Under the pieces are notes generated by a model. It had not been told where the DNA came from. It worked only from the letters and a program-made list of their open reading frames with translations, and made no database searches. From Haliotis rubra (taxonomy: Eukaryota), in contig NW_025767234.1 of NCBI RefSeq assembly GCF_003918875.1, forward strand, positions 558,001 through 622,000: a stretch of 64,000 nt of DNA, read 5' to 3'. Position 1 is the stretch's first letter, and each line of letters opens with the position of its first letter. Position numbers and translations under genes: made by a program. This document shows positions 12,751 through 27,300 of this stretch, piece after piece.

Positions 12751-14389
12751 ATGTTGAAATTTGAGGACGACTAGGACCAGTATAAATCTACTTCCGCCCA
12801 CACACGAGAAGATCCGAGTTAGAACAGGGTCAGGCTCGCTGACTGGGTTTGACACATGGCATCGTATCCCAGTTGCGGAGATGCTCATGGTGTCAGTCAC
12901 TGCATTGTCTGGTCCAGACACCACTATTTGAAGACCGGCGTTACATAGCTGGAATATTGCCGAGAATATTGCACCATTAACACCGAACGCTTCATTTATT
13001 TAAACAAGAGAAAATGACCAATGCAAATGTGATGCCTAACCATTCGGCTTCATGATCAAATTTATATTTTAAAACGTCAAATAAACACTATGTATTTCTT
13101 AAATGTAAGAACGAACTCCGTAACAAAAGACACAGATAAGACCACAGAACGGAAACCATCAAAGCTCACTGCAGTCTTTAAAGAGTTGTCTCCCATTATT
13201 GCTTTTGGGACCGTTCATAATTTATGGCTTTGGGGGTGATGATGAAAAGCCATCTCAGGAGGACGACACACGACCCGAAAAGTCACCACAAACATGAAAT
13301 ACTAGTGGCATATCAGCATATCTATGAGGCAGTTTATTGCTGTTACAATAATGCATGGTGCGGTTAAGCGTTAGAAACAACTGACTTATTAACAAGGGCT
13401 TAACAACCTCGGCACTTTGATTCAAGAATGACTTTGATTCAAGAATAGAACTGAACAATTCACGAAAATTAGAAATACTTGATGGAAAGGCTTGAATAAA
13501 ACAACAGGTATCGCAAGCAAATATGAAATGAGGTGATAATTCTGATAATACCACACATTCTACGAATTCGATTTTCAGTTTTGCAACGCAACGTCANNNN
13601 NNNNNNNNNNNNNNNNNNNNNNNNNNNNNNNNNNNNNNNNNNNNNNNNNNNNNNNNNNNNNNNNNNNNNNNNNNNNNNNNNNNNNNNNNNNNNNNNNNNN
13701 NNNNNNNNNNNNNNNNNNNNNNNNNNNNNNNNNNNNNNNNNNNNNNCCTATGATACCTTGAATAACTAATGCCCTTGTGTATTTCCAAACGTGCCCAAAT
13801 CCAAACCTTTGTATAACACCAGTCTTATATATAACATGCCCCGTGACAAAGCATAGCACATACGAACCTGTCTAGTAGTGGCGGTGGAGCAGGGATGGGT
13901 GGAGAGGGTGGTGTGGAGAGGGTGTGGAGTGGCCACCCCAACCCCGTCGTCCCACCCTTTTTTTCATCTGATGAAAGCTTTGTATGGGCATGGCCTGCTA
14001 TAATTAAGTCATTTATAGTTAAAGTAAGATTAATAATGGTTTACATAGGTTTTAGGCAGGTTTTCTGGTGGACTCTAACTGGGCTAGCAGACACGGTTGC
14101 GCTTTACTTTACTTTGGCGGGGTATTAAACTTTCCAATTTTTTGGCGACTTGACAAAACACAGGAGTGTTTTCAATCACACGGCATTTGGTTCCTGTTGG
14201 ACATTGAGCTGTTATTTTACATTTCAATTGTTCATTTGATATCACAATTGTAATTGTGTATAGAAGTTAGAACATTACTCTATGAATAGTTATTGGACAA
14301 ATGAATCACTTAAAATGGCTAAACAGTGTGCAGACTTTACAAACGTTCTAAATATATATGAACATTGTTCTTGGATAACCGAGTCTCAA

Positions 14390-14528
14390 ATTGGCGTCGC
14401 GGAAACACACCTAAGGGAAACAACTCTCTGCATCCGGCACGTTCAACAGGAAGTTGATAGCACGGTCTAATTTGCAGGGAATCAAATATAGTACAGTTTT
14501 AGCGCGAGGAGAACGAATGTTGCATACG
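14390..14528 (+). promoter_or_regulatory. Candidate promoter and non-coding first exon of the NKRF-like gene
   Basis: Locally CpG-rich; ETS-like CAGGAAGT near 14447; donor-like CG|GTATGA after 14528; the first coding exon opens with an acceptor at 21309, so an upstream exon is needed. Confidence 0.4.
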
Positions 14529-15163
14529 GTATGAACGATACATCTTTGTATTTCTTCAATATTGACACCTGTATCAAAATATGAAGTTATTTTTGCTGTG
14601 ATAAGGGTACTTTTGATGACATGGCCTTCCTTGGGCTAACGTGCCTCGCCGCGTCTGTGGCCTCTTTCCGAAGGCGCAGACAAGGGCCATGCAGTATACA
14701 CGAAAACAAATGAAATGACTTGGTCGATAATAGTACATTAATCATATGCATTTACTTAGTACACAATGTAGAACCTAGTTCATTCAACATGATATTTTTT
14801 AACTTATTCGAATTTCTGATGTGTAAATAATGTACACGGCATTTTCCTTTTCAAATGAACATAAGACACATGGCTTTGCGTTAGTTTCGTACCCAAAGCC
14901 ATTTGTACTCCTGATTGTTTTGGATGTTCCGTTCACGTAACGATAGCAGTGTTTGCATTTTTACCGAGTTATGGCGTTTATCTTTGTTATTTCCCTCGAC
15001 GATAGCACAATAATTTGAGAATGATGAACTACTTTTTGTGTTCCAGTTTCCAAATTACAACCTTTGTAATCTTATCTTTCTCTCTTTGATCTAACAGTAG
15101 CTGTTGTTTTGTTGTATATGCTTTGTAAATCAGTTGCATACACAGGATTTGTTCACCAGGAAA

Positions 15164-15360
15164 GATTTCCGGTCGTAACCCCTGTTTTTTATCATTCTAT
15201 GCCTAAGATTTATAGTAAGAATAGATGTTGTTTATAGAAAGCCTACCGTAACCCTAAACCTAGCATACTGCTAAATCTAAACCCTAAACCTAAACCCTTA
15301 CCCCTTGAAATAATCATAATAAACAGAATACATTTCAAGCGGGGGTTACGGGCGGAACTC
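15164..15360. mobile_element. MITE with imperfect TIRs and internal telomere-like repeats
   Basis: GATTTCCGGTCGTAACCCCTG ... CGGGGGTTACGGGCGGAACTC; AACCCT/AAACCT units at 15242-15305. Confidence 0.6.
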
Positions 15361-16764
15361 TTACCAAGCACCATTACCTGCCAAATTGTATAGTTTTTGT
15401 ACTTATTTTTTCAAATACAGATGTATTTTAGCATTGTATTCAATGGCATAATGTCAAAATAAGTATGAAATACCCTTTTCTGAATTGGGGTTCTTATCTC
15501 ACCATGATTAAAACTGAAATACAAATATCCATAGCAAAAGTAGAATGTATTAAGTTCACATTCTACAATTTTAATTCCAGTTTGGGAATATTCACACATT
15601 TGTAGTAATTTTTGTGTTTTGGTATCTAAAACTAGAATGCCTAGATATATGTTTCATGCATGTCTAGTTGCTCATGACTCTTTGACTGCCTTCGTGCTTG
15701 TTTTAATTCCATAATTTAGTATCCCCATATTATGGGGTTTTGGATGCTTAAGAAACATGTAAAACTAAAACAAATCACTGACCTATGAAAGACAATCACA
15801 TCTAAAACAAGCCATCATTAAAGTATTCGCCATGTTTCCACTATCCTGTGTTTCTCGAATCACTTGCTGATGTCGGGCAATCACAAGTTATTGCAAACTT
15901 GACATAATTTATCTGATGTGTAATTGGTTAGCTGATGATGGGATATATCAGTCAATGTATACAACATACGAAGATCTGGGTTAGAGTTGGTCTTCATCAA
16001 CCAAATTGTGTAGACACATGCTTATGATGTCAATCACATGATTGTTGGGGCCAAACCCGATTGACTTCCATCATACAGCTGGGATGTTAAAAAAGAAACA
16101 GCTGGTGTACAATGACCATGCTAGAACTAAAGAGTTAGATCCTAGAACAGTTTTACTGATGTTGTCAATGTGGAAGACAAGTTCTTAAACACATTTTCTG
16201 TAAAATTAGGTTTTGTCAGTTTTGGTCAATGTTTTTCTTCTTTCTCACTGTGGTATTGACAACTTCAGTAGTTTAGATAGGTGTAATGTTGACATGCAGG
16301 ATGATTGCAGTGAGCCCAGTTTCCTGGGTTGAAATATTTGAAACTTCATTATCTTCAGCTTACCCACTGTCTGAATCTCTGTCAATCCAACAGTGGTATG
16401 GCTTACCAACCTTGAAACTGTTGAGTCCTATGATGCTTACTCCTGACCCCTATTAATTTAGAGTTGGTTATGTACAAATATGCTATAAAACGTTAAAATT
16501 AGTGTAACAACACTGTGCATTCACAATGTTGAGTTTTCATTTTGTGTGCCTGAATATCTTTCCACATCTGTATTTTATTATCTATTTCATGCATGCATTT
16601 CCTGTACATTAACTATACTGCACTGAATAATGCATTAACTAGCTCTTGTATTCGTCAAGTGAACCATTTATCACTGCTTACACAAAATTGGGCAGCATGT
16701 GAGAAGGAAGTGTGAGGTTACCTGAAACATCATTTTCAGCAGTGGTATATGTATAAGTTAACCT

Positions 16765-17238
16765 CAGGGCTCGAAAACTTAAAAAATCTGTTCTCGCCCT
16801 GCAGGGTGAGTAATATGAACTTTCCAGTCGTCCTTCTAAAATTGTACTTGCACAATAGATCATGCAACAAAATGATTGATTATTTCAAAATGTTTGCTTG
16901 GAATAAAACTACAATAAACTTTACTTTGTCTTCTGTACAAAATCTTTGTTTAATCTAAGTTTCAGGTTAGTGTACGTGGTAAAATATATCCAGTATTTTA
17001 TCTAACCTGGATATTACCTATGTATAAAAATAAAAACAAATCACCACCCAAATGAAAAGCTGACTACGATAAACGATCGGTAATAACAAGCAGGGAATTC
17101 GCTATTATTAAGCTTATTCTGATTTGACTACAGTAACAAAAAAACTAACATTCATGTCCTCTAGGACAAGCTAATTATGTTTTTCACTTGCACGAAACAA
17201 ATTTTACTTGTCAATACGAGCGGAAGTTTCGAGCCCTG
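16765..17238. mobile_element. Non-autonomous DNA transposon with hAT-like ends
   Basis: TIRs CAGGGCTCGAAA / TTTCGAGCCCTG; no ORF; TSD not clean. Confidence 0.7.
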
Positions 17239-17915
17239 TAACTTTCATGTTTAAAAACACTAAATAGGTGACAAATAACATGGTATAGACTTGAGGGTAA
17301 AAAAATTATCTGTGTTGGTGAGTGGAGTTTTACACCCATTTTTGGCAATGTTCCAACAATATTCAGATGGGGACAACAGAACAGGGCTTCACATATTGTA
17401 ACTGTGTTGGGAATCGAACTTTTGCCTTTGGCATGATGAGTGAACGCTTCACCAACAAGGCTATGCGATCGCCTCTAAACAACTTCAGCTACGGTTTTGA
17501 CAGACAAAATTACAACCAACCCGTGTCAAATACTTGTGATTATTATATATGTGCAAATTCATATTGATAATCAGTCTTCTTAGATTACTTTCATTGATGG
17601 TATTGGCATATTTTCTTCATGCAAAATAAATGTCTGATGGTAAAAAACATAATGGGTTCCAGCAAGCAAAGCTTTCACGCTGGTTTGAAATTAACCAACA
17701 TATTAAGTGTCATTCAATAACGGTATCATGGACAACAACGATCAATAATTAAGGACAATGCAAGCTCTAGTTCCCAACACCTGTTGCATTAATTGCACAT
17801 GCCGGTCACAAGGTAATCACCAACTGACAGATGCATTTTTGTTTGGTATTTGCCACTTGTAATTTGCATATCAATTACAGCATGGAATTCCCACTGTCAA
17901 CTAATCAGAGATATA

Positions 17916-18739
17916 CTGTAAACGTACTTATTTTCGCGTGGTGCAATTTTCGCGGAATTGACAGTTTAGACTACATCGCTCGGTCAATTATTCGCGCAAT
18001 CAGTAATTGCTGGAACTGCCAGCTGTCTCTTTGGCCACCACTAATAGCAGTGAAAACAAACAGAGTGGCTTAACCTGTCAGGCGGCGTTTATTGCTTACT
18101 CACAGGAAATCCCTATCTGTGCGATATACTAGTACACAGTAATCCGTTTACTCCCGGAAGAGGTGAAAAACTGAAAACACATCAGTCTTATGTTCCGAAT
18201 TCTGACGATCTGACGAATTAACTTCTACTGTATATGAAGCTCTTTGTGATTTCAAACAAGCCGGGTTGTTGTGAATGAGATGATTGAGTGTTAAGTGACT
18301 ATTCGCTTCATGATGTACTGGTAAATAAAATCTTAATGAATAAATAAAATACTGCTGTATTATTTCTTTCCGAGTTGTTTCATGGTAATCTGTTTTGTAT
18401 CAAACCATCTGTCATGTGACCAATTTCCATGGCGGCCACAACACACATTGCTGTTTTCGCTAATTCGGCGATGGGATTTGGCTCATTATTTAATTATGTT
18501 TTGGGAAATACATTACAGCAACAGTTAAGTATGATTCTTTATGCTACTATCAGTCGTCATTTTAAGATTCACGTAGATTTCTGTCTTCAAACTTGATGTG
18601 TTATGGTAACAACTCAGGGGCGAGCGTGGCTAGACTGAATGAATGACAGGTTTATTCGCGGTGTATAAATTTTCGCGCTAAAATGTTTTGCGCGAAAAGC
18701 GCGAAAATAAAACCTGCGCGAAATATAATACGTTTACAG
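17916..18739. mobile_element. Non-autonomous DNA transposon flanked by TA
   Basis: TIRs CTGTAAACGTACTTATTTTCGCG / CGCGAAATATAATACGTTTACAG; subterminal TTCGCG repeats. Confidence 0.8.
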
Positions 18740-19308
18740 TATATGTCATAAAGTCCTCATATTAACAGTTGTCTGGTTGATATTTGAGTTTTGATATACA
18801 TGTATATTGATTTTTAGCCAGGTTTTGTTATATTATTAGTACAGAGAACATCACTGTTAAATCAGTGACAATTCCTTCAGTGTTTGAGTCTCTTTATATA
18901 AGTAGTTTTTAGTTCATACATTCATTATCCCAATTATCCTACCAGCTGTGTCAGTATGTGCATTTGTGGGTTTTGACCAAAGTGGTGATGTCTAAGACAG
19001 CCGTCATACCTCCCACATCAAGCTGACAGGCCATGGTATAACCTGAATACAGTTCAAATAGGTGTTAAACCCAGCTGAATATAGAATTGTATCGCTGTTA
19101 TCTTTATAATCAATGTATGTCACGTTTATATGGTACAGTTATATAATATACAAGATAAACGTTATGCTATGAAGGATTGTAAGGGTTGACAAGGCCAGTG
19201 ATGCATCAAATAGAGCTTATCCAGACACTAAGGCAGGAAGCAGTAGCGCTTATGATTTTGACCCATTACAGGAAATTTTAGCTATTATAGTGGTACCTAT
19301 TTTGTGTA

Positions 19309-20603
19309 TAGTATGACCAGAAATTATTGAGAATTTTAAAAATGTGTTTATTTGGATTTCTAGTATAAACAACCTTGACCAGCTATCAAGTGCTTGGTTT
19401 CATTCAAGAGAGACAACTCTGTTAATCCTTTTTCATTAGTTTGTGAAGAGTTATCCCCCTTAGTTTACTTGCTAGCAGAAGACATTTTCAGTGATCCCCA
19501 GTATGGATGATTTAGAGAAGAGGAAGTTGATTTTAGAGTATTATAACAAGGACATCAGATCAGCTAAAGTGATTTCAAGTAGAACAGGCATCCCTTTGTC
19601 CACTGTTTATCTCGTTTTGAAAAATATTGCAAATGGATATGGCATTGAGCACCAGGGAGGCGCAGGTAGGCCCAGAAAATTGACTGTCGGTGACAGGAGG
19701 CGGCTTGGTATTTTTGTTTCTAAAACCAAACGAAGGTGTTTAGAAAACTTAAAGCTGGATATGATTGATAGAGGAACTGTGGCTGTCTGTAAGGAGACAA
19801 TTAGAACTGAGCTGCATGCAATGGGTTGGCAGAAAAGTCGAGGAATTCCATCACCGATCATGAAACCTGAACAAAAGGAGCAAAGGTTGAACTAGTGCTT
19901 ACAGCATAGAAATTTTAACTGGGACAATGTGATTTTCTCAGATGAAGTTCTGTGTGGCTGTTTCCTAATACACTGAAATTCTGGACCAAACAAACTGAAA
20001 AACCTTTGTATCAGCGCCCAAAGTACAGTCCGAAATTTAATGTGTGGGGTGGCATATCTGTGTTAGGGGCAACGCCCCTCTGTGTATTTGAAGGGAATAT
20101 GAACAGTGAGCGGTACACAGATATTCTCGAGGGACATTTACTTCCATCTGCTCACGTGTTCTATGGAAAGTTTTGGATTTTCCAGCAGGACAACGACCCA
20201 AAACATCATTCAAAGCATTCACAGGCCTGGTTTCGGACCCAAAATATGACATTATTAGATTGGCCAAGCTATAGCCCTGACCTAAATCCAATAAAAATGT
20301 TTAGGGACTTATGAAGGAAAGTGTCAATAAGAAAAATCTGACAAATATTGCTGAAATGAAAGAAGAGGTGGTCCGATATTGAGACAGCATGGACCACGAC
20401 TTTCTAACTTCTTTGATCAGTCGTATGCCCCGCCGCATTGAAGCCTGCGTTGCTGCCAATGGTGACTTGACAAAATACTAACTGTTCACCTGTCTTTGAA
20501 TCTGGGGTTATTTTCTGCTAATATTCACATTTAATACATGAGAATGAGTGAAAAAATAAATTTTTTACAATCTTTAAATTCTCAATAATTTCTGGTTGTA
20601 CTG
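19309..20603 (+). mobile_element. Full-length Tc1/mariner with decayed transposase (intronic)
   Basis: TIRs TAGTATGACCAGAAATTATTGAGAATTT / AAATTCTCAATAATTTCTGGTTGTACTG with TA; GAGRPRK, FSDE, VWGGIS, FQQDND, WPSYSPDLNPI; stops and frameshifts. Confidence 0.92.
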
Positions 20604-21031
20604 TATAACAATGAATTCACATGAATAGTTTAGGTTGTGACAGGGAAACACCATTCTTTATTATTTTGATTTCACGTGATGTTCTAGGATCAAATATACA
20701 TTTCAACAGGCCTAAAATCTTTCTGACTTTCCAGATCCTTCAACAGACCAATTATTTGATTAATCTCTCCTGCACTGCCACATGGAAACAATGTGTGGAA
20801 TGAACCAATAGCATCTACTGACCCTAATAGTGATAATTCTGTGAACATTCACTGATGTCCCAAAATTGTTTAAATTATTGTACCCTTTTAGAGACTGTAA
20901 ACGTTATGAAAGCTTGTCTGGACACTCGAGCTTGGTAAATGTCCTTCCCTGTGAGTGAAGCTCATGTTTGGTTCTCAAACCTGATATGGCTGGAATGTAG
21001 CCTAAATTGTACTCTTTTTCAGTAACTAATC

Positions 21032-21276
21032 GGGGCTGTGGGGTAGCCCAGTGGTAAAGCGCCCGCTCGTCACGCTGAAGACCCGGTTCAATTCCCCACA
21101 TGGGTGTTCCCCGCGGTGATATAGCTGGTATATTGCTAATACTGATAGCAGTGTAAAACTAAACTCACTCACTTACTCCCCACATGGGTACAATGTGTAA
21201 AGTCCATTTCTGGTGTCCCCCGCCGTGATACTGCTGGAATATTGCTAAAAGCGGTGTAAAACTAAACTCACTCACT
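21032..21276 (+). mobile_element. Composite family-1 SINE (head, deleted core, tail, 3' half, tail)
   Basis: One TSD CAGTAACTAATC flanks the whole composite; same layout at 23861-24107. Confidence 0.8.
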
Positions 21277-21334
21277 CAGTAACTAATCAGTGATCTTTGT
21301 TTCTTCCAGGTGCTGATCAAGCACAACAAGAATC

Positions 21335-24300
21335 ATGGACTCTAATACTCAGTATCAGTATGGGAGTATGGACACAGGGGAGACGGACAGTAAGAAACAG
21401 AAAATGGATGCTAATACCTGGAGTACAGCTGGATCTTATCCTGTACCACCACCCTACCCTTACGCTACTCAGAACACCAACACCAACACCAACACCAACA
21501 CCGGTTACACTGCTCCCACCACCACCAGCTGGAGCACAGGCTACGGAGGGGCACAGCAGCAAACGGGGGCTGATTCCTATGGCTGGGGCAGTTATGCTGG
21601 CTATGGACAAGGATGGGGGACTGGACAAACAGGAACGAACAGTTGGACAGGGACGACTACTGGGCAGGACCAGAACACAGGTTATGGGGTAGACCCGAAC
21701 CAGTACAGTCAATCCAGCTACAGCGGAGGATGGGGACAAGGATACAATTATAGCACTTCTACTGGCGTTGACTCCAATTATGGCTATGGTGACAGCTCTA
21801 GCTATTATCGAGGAAATTGGAGAGGAGGTCAGCAGAGTAAACCGACTGGATACAGTCAGAGAGGCGGCTATAGTCAAAATCAGGGATATGGAACTAACTA
21901 TGGTCAAACAGCAAGTGGGGGTACAACCTTTGGAAATAATGAGACTGCCCCACCACAAACAGGAAATGCAAATATTCAGAAGCCTTTTGGAAATGGAAAT
22001 TCTGTTCAGGAACCCGCTCCTGCTGCACCAGTTCCTGCTGTAAGCCAAGTTACTGAAAATGCACCAAGTCAGCAAGCAGCTGAAGACACAGCCCCAGTTT
22101 CAAATGAAGGGAAAACCCTCCTGGGGACTCCAGCAACTAGACCAAACCATGGCTACAGTGGTCCTGCTCCAGACATGATGGGGATGCCGTTTGGCAATCA
22201 GAAACACTTCCCAGGCATGAGAGGAGGATATTTTGGGCAAGGTCCTTTCGGAGGATTCCGATTTGGAGATGGGCCAAGACCACGTGGAGGTTTTGGTGGT
22301 GGCGGCGGTTTTGATTGGTACAGGGGCAGAGGTGGAGGTCCTGGTCCTCATAGGGGGATGGGAATGGGAATGGGAATGCAGAAGAGGAGATGGGAACGTC
22401 CTCATCCATCAGAAAAGGATAAAACTCCAATACCTGAAAAACTTGAAAAAATGATCAAATACATCAAATTGCAGAATTCAATCACTGTTGATGTTATTAA
22501 TTTCATTGATCATTCTGTTGAGACTTGCAAACATGGCCTGAGGATAGACTACAGAAATGATGTGAAGGTGAGAGCAGATGGAGGCGACAAGATGTCAGGA
22601 CGATTGTACTTAAGTTCAGTCTTCCTTGCAAGAAGCATTGGTTACAAGAAAAGGGAAGTGAAGGAGGACTGCTACCAGCAAGCTGTTGAAATCCTCACAA
22701 ACAAAACAGTGGAGGAAATCATGGCTTTAAAAGATGTTGGTCCAGAGGCAACAGAAAAGCAAATACTGGAAGATTATGAAAAGAAGAAAATTGAGGTGCT
22801 GGCAGAAAGTATGAAACTCAATGAAGGTATTACACTGAGGTCCCGTGAAGAGAAACTATTAGAGCTGGTTGAATATCTGAAGAGTGGCAAAAAATCTCCT
22901 CATGATGTTATTGTTGAGTTGGACGATGCATTCATAAACTCAGGGTGTGGACTCTCTCGCGAATACAGTGATGAAGAAGTTGCATTGCCAGGTGGTGAAG
23001 TGTGGTATCGAGGAAGGTTTATCATCAATGACACCTTGATTGCTGGGGCTTCCGGAAAATCAAAAGAAATTGCGAAGCAGATTACGTACGAAAGAAGTAT
23101 GAACATCTTGAGAAGAGTCCCACTTTTTGTCATCCTGGAAGGTAGCACATTGGATGAACTTGATCCCAAGCTTCCGTCTTCTCCAGCTTTTCATGCACTT
23201 GGAAACAATCATATTCCACTACCAGATGATAGAACTGAAGAGAAGCTGGCCTACTTGATCAGCGATGCTATGGACATTTCTAGAGCAACACCCCTGAGCG
23301 TAGAGCTTGACAATACTGCGCGAGAGTATGGCTTGACAGTCACAAATGTCTACAAACGGGGTCCCTCAGACCATACCAGATCAAGCATGTCATGTGAAGT
23401 TTACCTGGATAACATCTTCGTTGCTGATGGTGAAGGCTTCAGAAGATTAGAGGCTGAGGAAACTGCGTATAAGAACACCTTGAAGGCCCTGTGCACCAGC
23501 TCATCTGATGTTCTTTTCGCTGACTCCAAACGATTGGTTCACTCAGAATTGATGAATATGCCATTGGTATCTGAGGTGTGGATCAAAGGGTTCTACAAGA
23601 TGATGCACTGGTCAAATTGGTCCAAAGTAAGAAACCTGAAGAAGGCCATCCTTGTCAAGGGGGATCCAGACTACACAGAGATGAAGAGGCCCAACAAAGA
23701 CATCATTCTCTTTGAGAATCAGAAATCAGGATTTGACCGATTTGGAAGGGCATATGACATTTTGCAGCTTAGTGCTACCAATAACTTCATGCTTCTCCAA
23801 GGAAAAACCACAAACTATGGTGACTTGTACAGGTATGTATTGATTTCTTTGTGGTTGATTGGTGGTAGGGTAGCCTAATGGTTAATGCCTCTGCTCGTCA
23901 CACTAAAAACCCAGGTTCAATTCCCGACATGGGTGTGTCTTTCCCTTCCCCCCATCATGATATTGCTGAAATATTGCTAATAGCAGCGTAAAACTTAACT
24001 CACTCACTCCCCACATGGGTACAATGTGTGAAGCCTATTTCTGGTGTACCCCACTGTGATATTGCTGGAAAATTGCTAAAAGTGGTGTAAAACTAGAGTC
24101 ACTCACTCTGTGGTAGAAATTATGATTTTATCTGGAAACAGTACATATGCCCTTAATAACCTCAGCTTAAAAGGGATTTAATCTGATCTGAATTTGGATA
24201 GTACAGAGGAAGACACTGTTGTTCAATATGCAACAAGTCCTCAGCTCATTTGGGACTATCAGTTGTGTAAAGAAGCTTGATGGACCAATTTGCCCCTCAG

Positions 24301-27300
24301 GACTTTAACTTGTCTCAGACATCAGGTTGTGTTTGTGCCCAAACTTTGCTCTGATAGTTATCTATATTTGCACAAATGTTTAAAAAAGGAATGAATCTGT
24401 GACTGATTGCAGAAGATGAAATAGACATAAATTTGTGTTGATCTAGTTCTTGTGTTTTGCTACTGTACATATTTCCAATTTGATCTTTTTCGATTTCAGA
24501 TGTCAGCTGTTCTTACAGGGTGAACTGATGTCTGAAGCTGTCTCCATGCACAATCTTGATGCTACCAACCGTGCTTCTGTTAAGCTGCTTTTCAAGTTGT
24601 ACTTGACTCAGACGACTATCAAGGTAAAATTAAAGTCTTCCCTGGTAAAACAGTATGACTAATGGAACTATTATTCTTTTTCAGAAGAAGTCCTCCTTGG
24701 GGTACATATAAGCATTTAAATGTCCATTTAAATTCCCACGACAGTTGTAACTATATTTTTTAATAAAATATTTACAACACAAAAACTCGTTTTTGTCATG
24801 CTGTGGGTTCTCGAGCACCGGCACCGCCGGTTCCCTCGATACCTTCCAGCGCTCTGGGGAATCCCACCATGGCGGGCTCTTCCCTCGGATCTCGGCACCC
24901 AGGCTCAGCCTCGAGCCAGGCTTCTCAGCGCTTCTCGATCCTCTGTCGTTGTCCGTGGCCCCTTCTTCTGTTCCTTCAGAGCCGACTCTCGATGCAGAGA
25001 GCTCTTGCCTGGAGGAGCGGGAGGAGGAAGCCATGGATGAGGATGGGGGTCGGGATCAGCTGGGAGAAGCTAGCTTCTCGCTTGGCTCGTCCCTGAGGCA
25101 GGTGCACGAGCGCATCGCTGCTGTATTGCCTCAGGTGGTTGTCACCTCGGACGGCCCTGACAGGTGAAGCCTTCCTTCCGTGTTGGGTTGCCGATACCCG
25201 GCTACGCATATTACCTACGCTTTGCAGTGAAGTAATCAACCCTCTCCTGTCAGGTAGTCGGTCACGGTTTGATCTCCCCGAGCTCAACCGCTGCTACTTG
25301 ATGGGAGAGGAAGTGTTGTTTGATCCCCCAGTGGTTGACGAGTGCATCTATGCCTTGATCGCCCTAGGGGGATCATCCGGCCACAGCCAAGCCTCGGCTC
25401 GTCAGGGCCGACGCTTGCCATCTTTCTTCTCCAGTAACCAGGTGTTGAAGTATGTTTACCGCTCCTTTGAGGAGCAATACCGCAACGCCGTGCAGCAGCT
25501 TCGGGTTACTGTCCACTCAGCTTACCTCTCTGCCCTGCAAGGCAACTTACAGAGGTTCACTCTCATCTGGCCTGCGACGCCATCCGGTCGTGCGCAAGCC
25601 AGATGATGAGTGCTGTTATGGGCCTTCGTAGGTTATGGCTGTCGGTCGCCAGGTACTCACCGGCTACACAGCAGGCACTGCTCTCTTTGCCCTTCAGGAT
25701 GGGTTCCACCCTATTCCCGGGGGCTTTGACAGTGGTCTGGGAGGCCGCGGAGGCAGTTAGTCAATTTAAGGACTCCAAGCCCTTACTTGAACAACCCCTC
25801 ACCTCACGCGCCCGGCCTTCCGGCCTTGTCGCTGCATATCCTTCTTCTACGGGGAAGGAGGTGCCTAAGTGGACTGCTCCACCTCAGGCAAGCAAGGGGA
25901 AGGGCAAGGGTAAAGGCAAAGGCAAGGGCAAGGCTCAGCAGCCTTTTCAGAGGCAGGGGAAGTCGGCCCCGGCTTCCCAGTAAGCTATCCTCCGGAGCCC
26001 GTGGTGGTCTTGGCACAAGCAGTTGCTACACTGCCGACCGTCAGAATTCACTGCCTGTTACCCGACGTCCCTGTCGGCGGCGGACTGACTCTCTTCCTTC
26101 GGGAATCGGAGAAAGTCACATCAAATCCCTGGGTCCTGTCCACACTCAGGGATGGCCACATGCCCGTTGGAAGCGAGGCCCTCCTCCTTTCTCCCGGATT
26201 CTTTGCACTCAGGTGCCAAACTCTCAGGAGAAGGCGGATATACTCCGTGCCGAGGGCCAGTCGTTAATGGACAAGGGAGCCATCGAAATGGTTCCGTGGG
26301 CCAGGAAAGTCTGGGGTTTTACTCCACTTATTTCCTGGTCACCATAAAGGATGGACGGTTCAGACCCATTCTCAATCTCAGGGGTCTGAACGATTTAATA
26401 GAGGTGCCGTCTTTCAAGATGGAGACACTGCGTTCAGTGATCTCATCTGTAGAGGCAGGGGATTGGCTAACGTCAATCAACCTCAAAGATGCATACCTCC
26501 ATGTACCGATGCACCCCGAGTTTTGGAAATACCTCCGGTTTTCCTTCGACGGGAAGTGCGCTCAGTTTTGTGTGCTCCCCTTCGGCATCTCCACGGCGCC
26601 AAGGGTGTTCACCAAACTCATGCTAGAGCCAGCGCAGGTCGCCAGGGCACAGGGCAACTTTTGTTACCCGTACCTGGACGACTGGCTTCCCAGGGCACTC
26701 GCTACCCACTTGAGTCAGGATTCCACACAGTCAGTGATGGATACTCTCACCAAGTTGGGTTGGATTATCAACCTCAGGAAATCAGAACTGGTTCCCACCC
26801 AGGATTTTTTGGGGGCGAGATTCGAGACAAAACAGGGTATAGTCTCTCTGTCTCGGGACCGCATTCCCAAAGTCCAGGGGATTGTGTTTCAATTCCTCCA
26901 GTCCCCTAGGGCCTCAGCTCAAACTTGGCTTCAGTTGCTAGGCAACATGGAGGCGACAGTGGACATAGTTTGGCGTGCACGCCTGAGGATGCGACCTGTT
27001 CAGCAAGCGCTAGCGCAGCTGTGGTCTCAGTCAGAGAGTTACGAGAGGATTCTGGTAACTCCGGAGTGGCTCATTCCTCACTTACGATGGTGGACCGACA
27101 CCCGGGAATCTATCCAAGGGTTCACCGTTGGAGACCCCGGTGCCGATACTCACAATTCAGACTGACGCCTCCCTCACAGGGGTGGGGGTGGGGTGTGGGT
27201 GTCCTGGGCGACCACAGCTTCAGGCCTTTGGTCCGTGAACGAGGCGACCCTGCACATCAATGTGCTGGAATTGAGAGCAGTCCAGTTGGTGTTGGAACGC

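Noticed and set aside
21317-22430. Minus-strand and alternate-frame ORFs over the NKRF-like exon
   Set aside because: Shadows of low-complexity coding sequence.
21032-24107. circRNA-promoting repeats around the large exon
   Set aside because: The two flanking SINEs are in the same orientation and cannot pair.
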